The notes beneath the pieces are model-generated. The model saw only the letters and a program-made list of their open reading frames with translations, made no database searches and was not told where the DNA came from. A stretch of DNA of 64,000 nt from Candidatus Saccharimonadales bacterium (lineage in GTDB: Bacteria > Patescibacteriota > Saccharimonadia > Saccharimonadales > Saccharimonadaceae): contig JBBQDN010000005.1 in the NCBI GenBank assembly GCA_038319685.1, positions 15,277 to 79,276 on the forward strand, written 5' to 3'. The position numbers and the translations under genes are program-made. Numbering within the stretch: position 1 is the stretch's first letter; each line of letters opens with the position of its first letter. Below, in pieces: positions 54,382 to 62,793 of this stretch.

Positions 54382-55428
54382 TTAAAACAGGCCGGCACCG
54401 ATGATCGTGAGCGTGTCTGTGTAATCCGATGCAGCTGCAGTTGTTGCATCGATGGCAACATTGTTTTTGATCGTCAACACAGCGGTATTAGCCGATCCTG
54501 TTGAGGTTGCGAGTGGCCGTAGTGACGTGTCAAGTCCGCCGCCCTGTCCTGCACCAGAACCGACAAATGGTGCGGCGACGGTAATTGTACCGGAACCACC
54601 CACCTGGCTACTGGTAATACCTGTGTTATATCCAAGCGTACCGGCAACGAGTGTGCTATTCGTACCTGGTGTTGTCGATGCAATAGTACTTGCTGCAGAT
54701 GCAGAGGTCAGACCAGTATTGGCATCTTTTGCCCACACCATCCAACCATTTTTGGCATTTGTATTTACGGTTGCAGTACGCGGTGTTGGACTGGTGATAA
54801 CCGAAGCGGTTGATAGTGACCCGAGTGCATCGGTATTAGCACTAAGTGCGAACGAGAAAATTGCAGGGACTGTCGCGGATACGACAACTTGATCGTCGGT
54901 AATGCTGGCAGTTGCATACGATTCAGTATCGATGACCGCTGGGACGGAGGTGCGAGTAGAAACGCTTCCGAGGTTAGAGCTGGTTGCAGATGATTTGATA
55001 CTTACGGCGGCAGTGTTTGCCCAGTTAAAACAGTAGAGTGTACCAACAGTAAGGTCGCCGCTAGGGAATGTGACGACTTGTCCAGTGACATTGGTCGCCG
55101 TTGCTATGCTTGGCCATGCAGTTCCGCCGGTTGGCCAGGCAGTATTGGTGGTGTTGATGGTAAAGTTCGCAGATGTACCGAGCGTGTAGCCAGTAGGGAA
55201 TGTTACTTGCACGTCGGCTTCTGTTGCAACGGTCGCAGGCTGTGCACAAACAGTTCCCGTTGTTGCTGTGCTAATTTTCATACGGTCAAAACGAACAGCG
55301 ACCTTTGTGAGTGCTGCAGCGTGTGTTATTTGTGCGTAAATAATCGGCGCGATAAGCGCGAACACGATAATGCCAGCCATAGTTATTAGTCGTAAGTTTA
55401 CTGTCTTGTGACTATATGTCATGTTCAT
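54382..55428 (-). CDS. secreted T/A/S-rich beta protein, WxL- or SCPU-like
   Basis: Anchor/signal ...IYAQITHAAA, internal NAKNGWMVWAKDAN, C-terminal ASDYTDTLTIIGAGLF strand. Confidence 0.35.
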   Translation of the reverse strand: MNMTYSHKTVNLRLITMAGIIVFALIAPIIYAQITHAAALTKVAVRFDRMKISTATTGTVCAQPATVATEADVQVTFPTGYTLGTSANFTINTTNTAWPTGGTAWPSIATATNVTGQVVTFPSGDLTVGTLYCFNWANTAAVSIKSSATSSNLGSVSTRTSVPAVIDTESYATASITDDQVVVSATVPAIFSFALSANTDALGSLSTASVITSPTPRTATVNTNAKNGWMVWAKDANTGLTSASAASTIASTTPGTNSTLVAGTLGYNTGITSSQVGGSGTITVAAPFVGSGAGQGGGLDTSLRPLATSTGSANTAVLTIKNNVAIDATTAAASDYTDTLTIIGAGLF

Positions 55429-55570
55429 TGTGCTGATCCCCTATTGTTTTATGTATTTTTTGGCTTTTTCTGCAAAGAGAGCTGAGTTCTACTTTATGAG
55501 AATATAAGCGCCTTTGTGGTGATTATACCGCTAACGATTATTTATTGTCAATTACATTTTCTGAATCAAA

Positions 55571-56131
55571 TTATAGCCACTTCCAGTTGTTTGCAAGAAT
55601 CGACAGCGTAGTGTCGATTTTTGTACTATCAACAACATTGCCACCGACAACAACGGACGCATAACGATTATTATGGACAATAAATACCGTTGTTTCTGGT
55701 GGTCCATTTAGTTTTCGGAAACTGACACTTCCCGGTGGAAACAGAGTTGATTTCGTTTGTTCATATTGATCAGGCGTTTTTAATCGAAAATTGTAATCTG
55801 CTACCCCCGATAGCCCCTCGCTCGTGAGAAGTGAAGACGTAATACCTACTTGTAAGTCACCACCCCCAATGGCAAACGCAGTCATGTGTACCATCGATGT
55901 ATTAGCAGGGTTCTGAGTGGTTTCGATCCTGAACCCATCGGGTATGTGTGTCGTAAAAAATGGCGTCGTGACGGTTTGATCAGGTTTTGGAAGTGAATCT
56001 TCGGGACGTGTTGTCGACACTACTACTGTTTTTCGTGAAGGACTATTGCCCCACTGGATAAACATAATGGTTCCGATAATTATCACCAACAAGATAGCCA
56101 TACTGACGGCTACCTTCCATGTCCGATTCAT
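55571..56131 (-). CDS. bitopic membrane protein, unknown function
   Basis: I chose ATG 56131 (MNRTWKVAVSMAILLVIIIGTIMFI), which forms an ATGA overlap with the upstream gene's stop. The track's longer version overlaps that gene by 90 nt. Confidence 0.5.
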   Translation of the reverse strand: MNRTWKVAVSMAILLVIIIGTIMFIQWGNSPSRKTVVVSTTRPEDSLPKPDQTVTTPFFTTHIPDGFRIETTQNPANTSMVHMTAFAIGGGDLQVGITSSLLTSEGLSGVADYNFRLKTPDQYEQTKSTLFPPGSVSFRKLNGPPETTVFIVHNNRYASVVVGGNVVDSTKIDTTLSILANNWKWL

Positions 56132-57147
56132 CGATGCGCTCGGGCGGGTTTTTTCTTTGCCCGATTCCGTCCGTGCGTTCCGATAATAATTGACGATGCG
56201 GCACGTGCATCGGTCCACACCAGCAGCCCAAGACCGATGAGCATGACAAGGCTAGCGTAGATACCCGCCGAAATAATACGCTCATCAATAAGCGGTGTCG
56301 CAATAGGTGATAGTGGTGATGATGGGATATATGGAGTGACTGCGGCGAACTGTCGTTTCAATGATCGCCCGTCGGTATCGGTAACTGTCACAGTAATGAA
56401 ATAGGTATGAAAATCGGCATAGACGTGACTCATGTGAATCTCTTCGGTTTTGACACCGCGTTTACTGGTGACAATGCCATCTCCCCAGTCGATAGTAACT
56501 GTATATGGCGACACGCCACCTTCGAACATTCCTACCCATTCGGCGTCTTTGTTGGGACCATACGTTACATAACTATATTTACTGAGCATTTTAAGCCCAA
56601 CGACGTCGTTGCCACCGGCCTGACCCGGCGTGGTTTTTCCCGGAGCCGATATGCCATCAGGTACACTAGAAGGCAGTCCTGTAGCTGGGGGAATGTAGGT
56701 GACAGTAACAGGAATACTGTCTGGGCCGTAGTCACCTGTTATATTAACGCTCTTGGCAACGAGTCGGTTGGTTCCCTGCTGGAGCGTGATAGGGATCGTG
56801 AACGTACCCGATGGACTACAGCTGGTCGATCCAACAAAGCCCACATCAGAATAGATACTAATAATGATCGATTGAGAGAGCGTGTTGCATGTGCCAACTA
56901 TAGTTGCGAGTGGTGAGGTAAAAACTGCCCCATCTGTTGGTGAGGTGATGACGGCGGCCTGCGTGGGGATTTGAGCGGATATTTTGGCACTGATGACAAT
57001 TTCGTCGGCTCCTGCGGTGTGTGCAATACCAGCAAGCGCAAGTGTGAACACGGCAACCACAACCAACAGTCCCCTATACGACGTATGGCGATGAGCAAGT
57101 GTTTTGCCGGTATGTTTGTGGCTTTGGAGGTGGAGTAATCGATGCAT
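56128..57147 (-). CDS. Ig-like + PKD-domain surface protein with His-rich N-terminal leader and C-terminal TM
   Basis: PKD signature TIDWGDG...HVYADFHTYFITVTVTDTDGRS. N-terminus HLQSHKHTGKTLAHRHTSYRGLLVVVAVF. C-terminal TM GIYASLVMLIGLGLLVW. Confidence 0.6.
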   Translation of the reverse strand: MHRLLHLQSHKHTGKTLAHRHTSYRGLLVVVAVFTLALAGIAHTAGADEIVISAKISAQIPTQAAVITSPTDGAVFTSPLATIVGTCNTLSQSIIISIYSDVGFVGSTSCSPSGTFTIPITLQQGTNRLVAKSVNITGDYGPDSIPVTVTYIPPATGLPSSVPDGISAPGKTTPGQAGGNDVVGLKMLSKYSYVTYGPNKDAEWVGMFEGGVSPYTVTIDWGDGIVTSKRGVKTEEIHMSHVYADFHTYFITVTVTDTDGRSLKRQFAAVTPYIPSSPLSPIATPLIDERIISAGIYASLVMLIGLGLLVWTDARAASSIIIGTHGRNRAKKKPARAHR

Positions 57148-57249
57148 GATGTTTACGCTTCTGATGAGATAAAGTATAGCATTAACGGGGCCAGGGGTAT
57201 AATTTCGATTGGATAAAGTATCACTATATGCTCATGGTATACTAATTCT

Positions 57250-57789
57250 ATGCAACCAAATAGTGACGAAAATGACCCGTTTGATCAGGTAGTAACTGAC
57301 GAAAACACTCCACAACAACCAGCCGATGCATCACAACCAGTTCACTGGCAGGCAAATGAATATATCCATCATGATAAAACGATCGTGTGGTATGTTATGT
57401 TTGGTCTAATCATTATCGCACTAACGGTATTTGCTTTGTTGGTGCTTCAGTCGATCACCTTTGCCATTTTAGTGCCAGTCATGGGCGCAGCGCTGTTTGT
57501 TTATACGAAACGACCACCGCACGTTCTTGACTATACAATCAGCAGTAAAGGTTTGTATATCAATGACCAACTCTTTAGTTTTAATGAGTTCAAAGGTTTT
57601 GGGGTGATCCAAGATGGTAGGGAATATTCCATTATGCTTATTCCAGTGAAACGATTTCGACTGAGTGTGTCTGTCTATTTTCCCGAACAGGCCGGTGAGG
57701 CAATTGTCGATATGCTCGGTATGCGGCTACCTATACAAGAATTACGCCTTGACCTAGTTGATAGGGTGACGCGAAAACTGCGTATTTAA
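57250..57789 (+). CDS. two-TM membrane protein with C-terminal PH-like soluble domain, unknown function
   Basis: TM hairpin IVWYVMFGLIIIALTVFALLVLQSITFAILVPVMGAALFVY. Extended -10 TGGTATACT lies 6 nt upstream of the ATG. Confidence 0.5.
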   Translation: MQPNSDENDPFDQVVTDENTPQQPADASQPVHWQANEYIHHDKTIVWYVMFGLIIIALTVFALLVLQSITFAILVPVMGAALFVYTKRPPHVLDYTISSKGLYINDQLFSFNEFKGFGVIQDGREYSIMLIPVKRFRLSVSVYFPEQAGEAIVDMLGMRLPIQELRLDLVDRVTRKLRI

Positions 57790-57925
57790 CGGTTCCTGAC
57801 TTGCCCAACCCCAGTAATGCGTGGTACAATAACCGATGTTCGCTACAGAAATGTCGCAGGAAGTACCTTCTAGTTACACGAAAAGCGTGACTATACATGT
57901 GATGCATGTGTGGTCGCGCAATTTT

Positions 57926-58002
57926 GCACCCGTAGCTCAGCTGGATAGAGCGTCGGCTTGCGGAGCCGAAGGTCATAGGTTCAAATCCTGTCGGGTGTAC
58001 CA
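57926..58002 (+). tRNA. tRNA-Arg (anticodon GCG)
   Basis: Manual fold: acceptor GCACCCG/CGGGTGT, D-loop AGCTGGATA (A20), anticodon stem TCGGC/GCCGA, loop TTGCGGA, T-loop TTCAAAT, A73, encoded CCA. Confidence 0.75.
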
Positions 58003-58003
58003 C

Positions 58004-58037
58004 GAAAAAAGACTCATCGTTTGATGAGTCTTTTTTC
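58004..58037. terminator. bidirectional hairpin terminator
   Basis: GAAAAAAGACTCATC-gttt-GATGAGTCTTTTTTC. Sits between the tRNA-Arg and the convergent DUF4190-like gene. Confidence 0.75.
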
Positions 58038-58049
58038 GTGGGCGATACC

Positions 58050-58472
58050 CTATGTTCGCAGATCGTTTGCGTGCATACGAGGCATGTCTTGATAAGGACT
58101 ATCGGTATACCCAGGATGACCAGTCGGCTGACCGATTGACCAAACAATCAACCAAATCCAAAGACCGATCAGGATAATCGAAAGAAAAGTACTGATCGCC
58201 CCTGTAATAATCCCGGCAAGGCCCATACCGTGACCACCACGTTTTTGTTTGATCGAAATAGCTCCCGTAATAATCGCAGGAATACCGAGCAAAAAACCAA
58301 ACCCAACAAATGACACAATACCCATAACCATTGATGCAGTCGCAAGACCCGTGTCTTGACTCGCAGGTGCGGCAACTACCTGCTGAGTAGGGACATAAGG
58401 TGGAGGCGTCACCGGTTCGGGCGCTACTACCGGTGTTTCGGGGCTCTCGTATTTTTTATCAGGCATACTCAC
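58050..58472 (-). CDS. DUF4190-like small membrane protein
   Basis: P-rich N-terminus, then GIVSFVGFGFLLGIPAIITGAISIKQ and GLAGIITGAIS helices. Confidence 0.6.
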   Translation of the reverse strand: MSMPDKKYESPETPVVAPEPVTPPPYVPTQQVVAAPASQDTGLATASMVMGIVSFVGFGFLLGIPAIITGAISIKQKRGGHGMGLAGIITGAISTFLSIILIGLWIWLIVWSIGQPTGHPGYTDSPYQDMPRMHANDLRT

Positions 58473-58598
58473 TCCTTAAGATTCAATTTTGAATCTATTT
58501 TACAGCGAAAGAGAGAAAGTTGATAGGGGATGACAAATATGAATACACTGCAATTCCCCATACATTAATCACCCAGACAAGCTGGGTGATTAATGTTA

Positions 58599-58686
58599 TG
58601 GCGGAGAGAGAGGGATTCGAACCCTCGGTGGGTTACCCCACACCGCTTTTCGAGAGCGGCCAGTTAAACCACTCCTGCATCTCTCC
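58599..58686 (-). tRNA. tRNA-Ser (anticodon CGA)
   Basis: The reverse complement gives GGAGAGA acceptor, anticodon stem CCGCT/AGCGG, loop CTCGAAA, long variable arm, GTTCGAATC, encoded CCA. Confidence 0.85.
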
Positions 58687-58730
58687 GTACTACCGTGCCC
58701 TATTGTAACAAAAAATGCTAGAATACCTCT

Positions 58731-59126
58731 ATGAGTGATTCTATTTTTACAAAGATTATAAACGGTGAAATTCCCAGTCATATCGTTTACGAAGACGACC
58801 GCGTGATCGCTTTTTTAACGACTCATCCACTGGTTGAAGGCCATACCCTGGTAGTGCCAAAACAACAAATTGACCAGTTGTGGGATCTTGATGACGAAAC
58901 GTACGTCAACCTGTGGAAAACTGCTCAAAAAATCGCTCTCCACCTTCGTGAAGTGATGAATGTTGACCGAGTTGGCGTTGTCGTCAAGGGGTTTGAAGTT
59001 CCCCACACGCACATTCACCTACTGCCTGTAAACCATCACAGTGGTGTGCTGTTTGATCAATCGACACCACCGCCGACACCACCGGACAATGAATTAATTG
59101 CCACTGCGCAGCGTCTTCGTTTTTAA
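58731..59126 (+). CDS. HIT-family (histidine triad) nucleotide hydrolase
   Basis: IF.KII.GEIPS N-terminus and HTHIHLLP histidine triad. Confidence 0.9.
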   Translation: MSDSIFTKIINGEIPSHIVYEDDRVIAFLTTHPLVEGHTLVVPKQQIDQLWDLDDETYVNLWKTAQKIALHLREVMNVDRVGVVVKGFEVPHTHIHLLPVNHHSGVLFDQSTPPPTPPDNELIATAQRLRF

Positions 59127-59128
59127 TC

Positions 59129-59587
59129 ATGCCTATCCGTATTTTGGCAGTTGGTAAAAAACATGAGCCATGGGTAGTCGACGGTATTGAACGCTATATA
59201 AAACGCCTAGGCAAACCGTTTGATGTGCAGTGGGTATTATTGCCACATTCAAGCCTAGACGAGCTCAGGGCTCGTCAGGAAGAGTCTGAACGTATCCTTG
59301 CACGGCTTAGTACCGATGAGTTTGTCATCTTGCTTGACGAGAAGGGCAAGATGATTGACTCCCCTGCCCTATCAAACCTGTTGCTCGCTCCGCTTGAATC
59401 TTCGAAACCCACCACTGTTATTATTGGCGGCGCATATGGTGTTGATGACTCGGTTCACGTCCGAACTGATTTCGTGTGGTCACTCTCGCCTCTGGTATTC
59501 CCCCATCAACTTGTTCGGCTTATACTTATCGAACAGATCTACCGAGCGCAGGAAATTGCGCGCGGCGGGCCGTACCACCATGTGTAA
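59129..59587 (+). CDS. rlmH: 23S rRNA (pseudouridine1915-N3)-methyltransferase RlmH
   Basis: IRILAVGKK...YIKRL N-terminus, IGGAYGV, C-terminal SPOUT knot LS.LVFPHQLVRLIL.EQIYRA. Confidence 0.85.
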   Translation: MPIRILAVGKKHEPWVVDGIERYIKRLGKPFDVQWVLLPHSSLDELRARQEESERILARLSTDEFVILLDEKGKMIDSPALSNLLLAPLESSKPTTVIIGGAYGVDDSVHVRTDFVWSLSPLVFPHQLVRLILIEQIYRAQEIARGGPYHHV

Positions 59588-59688
59588 TATAGCCTAATCC
59601 TTGAACGTCTTCCAGGATCTTGCCACTCGCTCCGTACTGCACCAAACGACACCAGCAGCGATGCTGCAGGGATCTATTCACCATACAA

Positions 59689-59717
59689 TTGACATAGTAC
59701 AAAGCTTATGCTATATT
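59689..59717 (+). promoter_or_regulatory. near-consensus sigma70 promoter
   Basis: TTGACA (59689-59694), 17-nt spacer, TATATT (59712-59717). Lies 26 nt upstream of ATG 59744. Confidence 0.5.
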
Positions 59718-59743
59718 GATTAAGTAAACCTAAAAAAACAAAC

Positions 59744-60082
59744 ATGTATTCATTTTCATTACTCAACCATTTTGCTGTCATCATTAGCCTGCTCACCGCA
59801 ACAGGGGTGACGCTGCACGACACAAAACTCGACAGAGCATTTGTTTCGACGATTAACACGCCGATTATTTCTCGATCCGTTGTTTCGTCCGCTGAAAGTA
59901 TCAAATCAACCGAACTGCATACGCACGTCGAGCGAACCTCATTTGCCCAGGCAGTCCACAACATTCAAAGTGGATCGCCCCGAATTCACCCCCGTGAAGA
60001 TCATAAAAAACATGTGACACCAAAATCAGTGAGTCGTGGTCACCACGCGTTTGATAATTACAGCCTCCCGATGGTCGTGTAA
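59744..60082 (+). CDS. hypothetical 112-aa protein with N-terminal hydrophobic segment
   Basis: ORF with a strong upstream promoter. HFAVIISLLTATGV looks like a signal/anchor. Confidence 0.4.
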   Translation: MYSFSLLNHFAVIISLLTATGVTLHDTKLDRAFVSTINTPIISRSVVSSAESIKSTELHTHVERTSFAQAVHNIQSGSPRIHPREDHKKHVTPKSVSRGHHAFDNYSLPMVV

Positions 60083-60086
60083 CGCA

Positions 60087-62636
60087 TTATTTCAGGATGG
60101 TGAGTTCATGTTCAAGCTGTAAAACGAGAGTTTTATGGGTATCAAGCTGTTCGCGCGTTTCCGTCACCAATCGTTCTGGTGCCTTAGAAACGTAGGTTTC
60201 GTTACCGAGTCGTGTTTCGAGAGTGATAACAAATGCTTTTGCCTCTGCTAGTCGAACCTCAAGGTTTGTCTGATGTTCATACAGAGTTTCTTCGCTGACG
60301 TCTAGCCAGGCTTCACGACCACTGCTAGCCAGGCGTAATCCCCTTGCCTGATCAGCCACTTTAACATCCTCTAGTTTTGCCAAGTGCTTGATCAGTTCGG
60401 TGTTATCGGCAATCAAGCTGTCATTTTGGTAAAGCAGCGTGTATCGTTCGTTACCTGGTAATTCGGCCATGACATAGCGTGCTTCGACGACTAATTTTTG
60501 TAACTGACCAAATTCTGCCGCTGCAATACTATTGAATTTTACCGCGCGTGGCCAGGACGTCGTTATCAGTAGATCATCATGCCATGGCAGTGTTTGCCAG
60601 ATGGTTTCTGTTACGAATGGTGCGAACGGATGTGCTAGTTTTAGACAGGTATCCAGTACCCATGCGAGCATTGCTGGGTTGGTTTGTTTTTTGCTTGATT
60701 CGATATACCAGTCAGCAACCGAGTCCCAAATAGCGTGATACACGCTGTCGCCGGCCTCCGCAAACCGGTAGGCTTCGAGTTGCTTGTCGATATCACTGAC
60801 GGCGCTGTTGAGTTCTCGGATAATCCAATAATCAGCCAGTGTTTCTGGTCGTGGTGGACTAGGCTGGTAATTTTCGCCGACACTGTCTTCAATATATCGT
60901 GCTATATTCCAGAGTTTGTTACAAAAATTACGTCCAGAAATAACGTTACTGGTGGCAAACGCTTGATTTTGTCCCGCGCTTCGACTGGCAACGATCCCTA
61001 GTCGCAGTGCATCCGACCCGTACTCAGCAACGATTTCCATCGGGTTGACGACATTCCCCTTGCTTTTACTCATTTTTTGACCATGTTCATCCAGGATGAG
61101 TCCATGTAAATAAACATGCCGAAATGGTACTTGATTGGTCACATGTAGCCCCAGCATAATCATACGCGCAATCCATGGGTACAAGATATCAACCCCTGTT
61201 TCAAGCACGCTTGTTGGGTAAAACCGCGACAGTTTGCCTTTTTCCAAAAAATCGGTCGTGATGAATGGCCACTGACCACTGCTAAACCAGGTGTCAAAGG
61301 TGTCTTCTTCGCGGCGATATGTTGTACCATTTACTACAATACTTTTTTCATCAATTCGTTCATCAAAAATCCAGTCATCTGGGTTGTTGATGTTCTGAAA
61401 CGCCGGGATGGGAATCCCCCACGGGATCTGCCGGCTAAGGTTCCAGTCGTGTAGGTTATCGTAATACTGGATCAACGCCTGTTTTTTACTTGCTGGGCTA
61501 AATCCGATTTCACCGGATTCGATTGCCTGTTTCGCACGATCCGCCAGGCTTCGGACCTTCAGGAACCACTGTTCTTTGATGAGTGGTTGGATTGGTTCGC
61601 CACTTTTATAGTCATACCCAACGCTATGTTCGATCGTTTCCTCACCACGCCTGGCTTCTTCGTCGTTTAACTCGGTGAGGATCCGTTTGCGTGCAGCCAT
61701 GACATCGAGTCCAACATACTGTGATGGCACGTTGATCATTCGGCCGTCAAAATCAATCACTTGGATACGTTCGAGATTATGACGATTACCAATTTCAAAA
61801 TCATTTGGGTCGTGTGCTGGCGTTACTTTGACGGCGCCAGTGCCAAAAGTAGGATCGACGAGTTCGTCGCCTATTATGGGGATTTCGCGCCCAGTTAGCG
61901 GTACGAGAACGTGCGTGCCTATCAAGTCTTTGTAACGCGGATCGTCCGGATGAACTGCGATTGCCGTGTCGCCGAGCATTGTTTCGGGACGAGTGGTGGC
62001 AACAACAATTTCACCGATTTGATCGAGCATTTGATAGGCTATTTTCCACAAAGTCCCCTTCTCTGTTTTATGAACAACCTCGATATCGGCATAGCTGGTT
62101 TGATATTTCGTACTGTAATTGACGATTCGCTCACCTCTATAAATAAGTCCTTCATCCCAGAGTTTTTTGAACGTCCCATAGACGTTTTTGATCACCTTTT
62201 CGTCGAGTGTAAAAACCAGATCTTCCCACGAACTACTGACGCCTAGGGCACGGAGCTGCAATTCCATATTTCCCCGTTGTTTTTCGACAAAATTCCAGAC
62301 CTGCGCGTACAATTGCTCGCGAGTAAAACTAAATCTATCTTGACCTTTCGCAGTCAGTTCTCGTTCGTATACAACCCAGGTTTCAAATCCAGCATGATCC
62401 GCACCAGGAATATAAATAACATCACGACCCTTCATGCGGTAATAGCGAGCGAGTATATCTTCGAGTTGGACGGTTAATGCGTGACCTGTATGGAGGTTAC
62501 CATTGGCATTTGGCGGTGGCATTACGATACTATACGGGTCACCCTTCCCTGTTGGAGCAAAAGCACCGGCTGTTTCCCACATGGCGTAGATATTTGGTTC
62601 GTATTGGTTTGGGTCGTAGGTTTTTGCTAGATTCAT
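60087..62636 (-). CDS. valS: valine--tRNA ligase
   Basis: PPPNANGNLHTGHAL (HIGH), KMSKSKGN (KMSKS), C-terminal coiled coil. I chose ATG 62636 (MNLAKTYDP...); the track's 28 extra residues are hydrophobic junk. Confidence 0.95.
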   Translation of the reverse strand: MNLAKTYDPNQYEPNIYAMWETAGAFAPTGKGDPYSIVMPPPNANGNLHTGHALTVQLEDILARYYRMKGRDVIYIPGADHAGFETWVVYERELTAKGQDRFSFTREQLYAQVWNFVEKQRGNMELQLRALGVSSSWEDLVFTLDEKVIKNVYGTFKKLWDEGLIYRGERIVNYSTKYQTSYADIEVVHKTEKGTLWKIAYQMLDQIGEIVVATTRPETMLGDTAIAVHPDDPRYKDLIGTHVLVPLTGREIPIIGDELVDPTFGTGAVKVTPAHDPNDFEIGNRHNLERIQVIDFDGRMINVPSQYVGLDVMAARKRILTELNDEEARRGEETIEHSVGYDYKSGEPIQPLIKEQWFLKVRSLADRAKQAIESGEIGFSPASKKQALIQYYDNLHDWNLSRQIPWGIPIPAFQNINNPDDWIFDERIDEKSIVVNGTTYRREEDTFDTWFSSGQWPFITTDFLEKGKLSRFYPTSVLETGVDILYPWIARMIMLGLHVTNQVPFRHVYLHGLILDEHGQKMSKSKGNVVNPMEIVAEYGSDALRLGIVASRSAGQNQAFATSNVISGRNFCNKLWNIARYIEDSVGENYQPSPPRPETLADYWIIRELNSAVSDIDKQLEAYRFAEAGDSVYHAIWDSVADWYIESSKKQTNPAMLAWVLDTCLKLAHPFAPFVTETIWQTLPWHDDLLITTSWPRAVKFNSIAAAEFGQLQKLVVEARYVMAELPGNERYTLLYQNDSLIADNTELIKHLAKLEDVKVADQARGLRLASSGREAWLDVSEETLYEHQTNLEVRLAEAKAFVITLETRLGNETYVSKAPERLVTETREQLDTHKTLVLQLEHELTILK

Positions 62637-62793
62637 CCGTAAAATTCCAGGTTTTATTCCTTCACGTGAAAAAAAGACACAAGTCACCACAGGCGTTTCC
62701 AATAGAAAACACCAAATCACCTAACTTCCTAATTTCACATGTTTGTTTTCACTTCGTATTATACCACATTCACGACAGTGTATAATTGGATAT

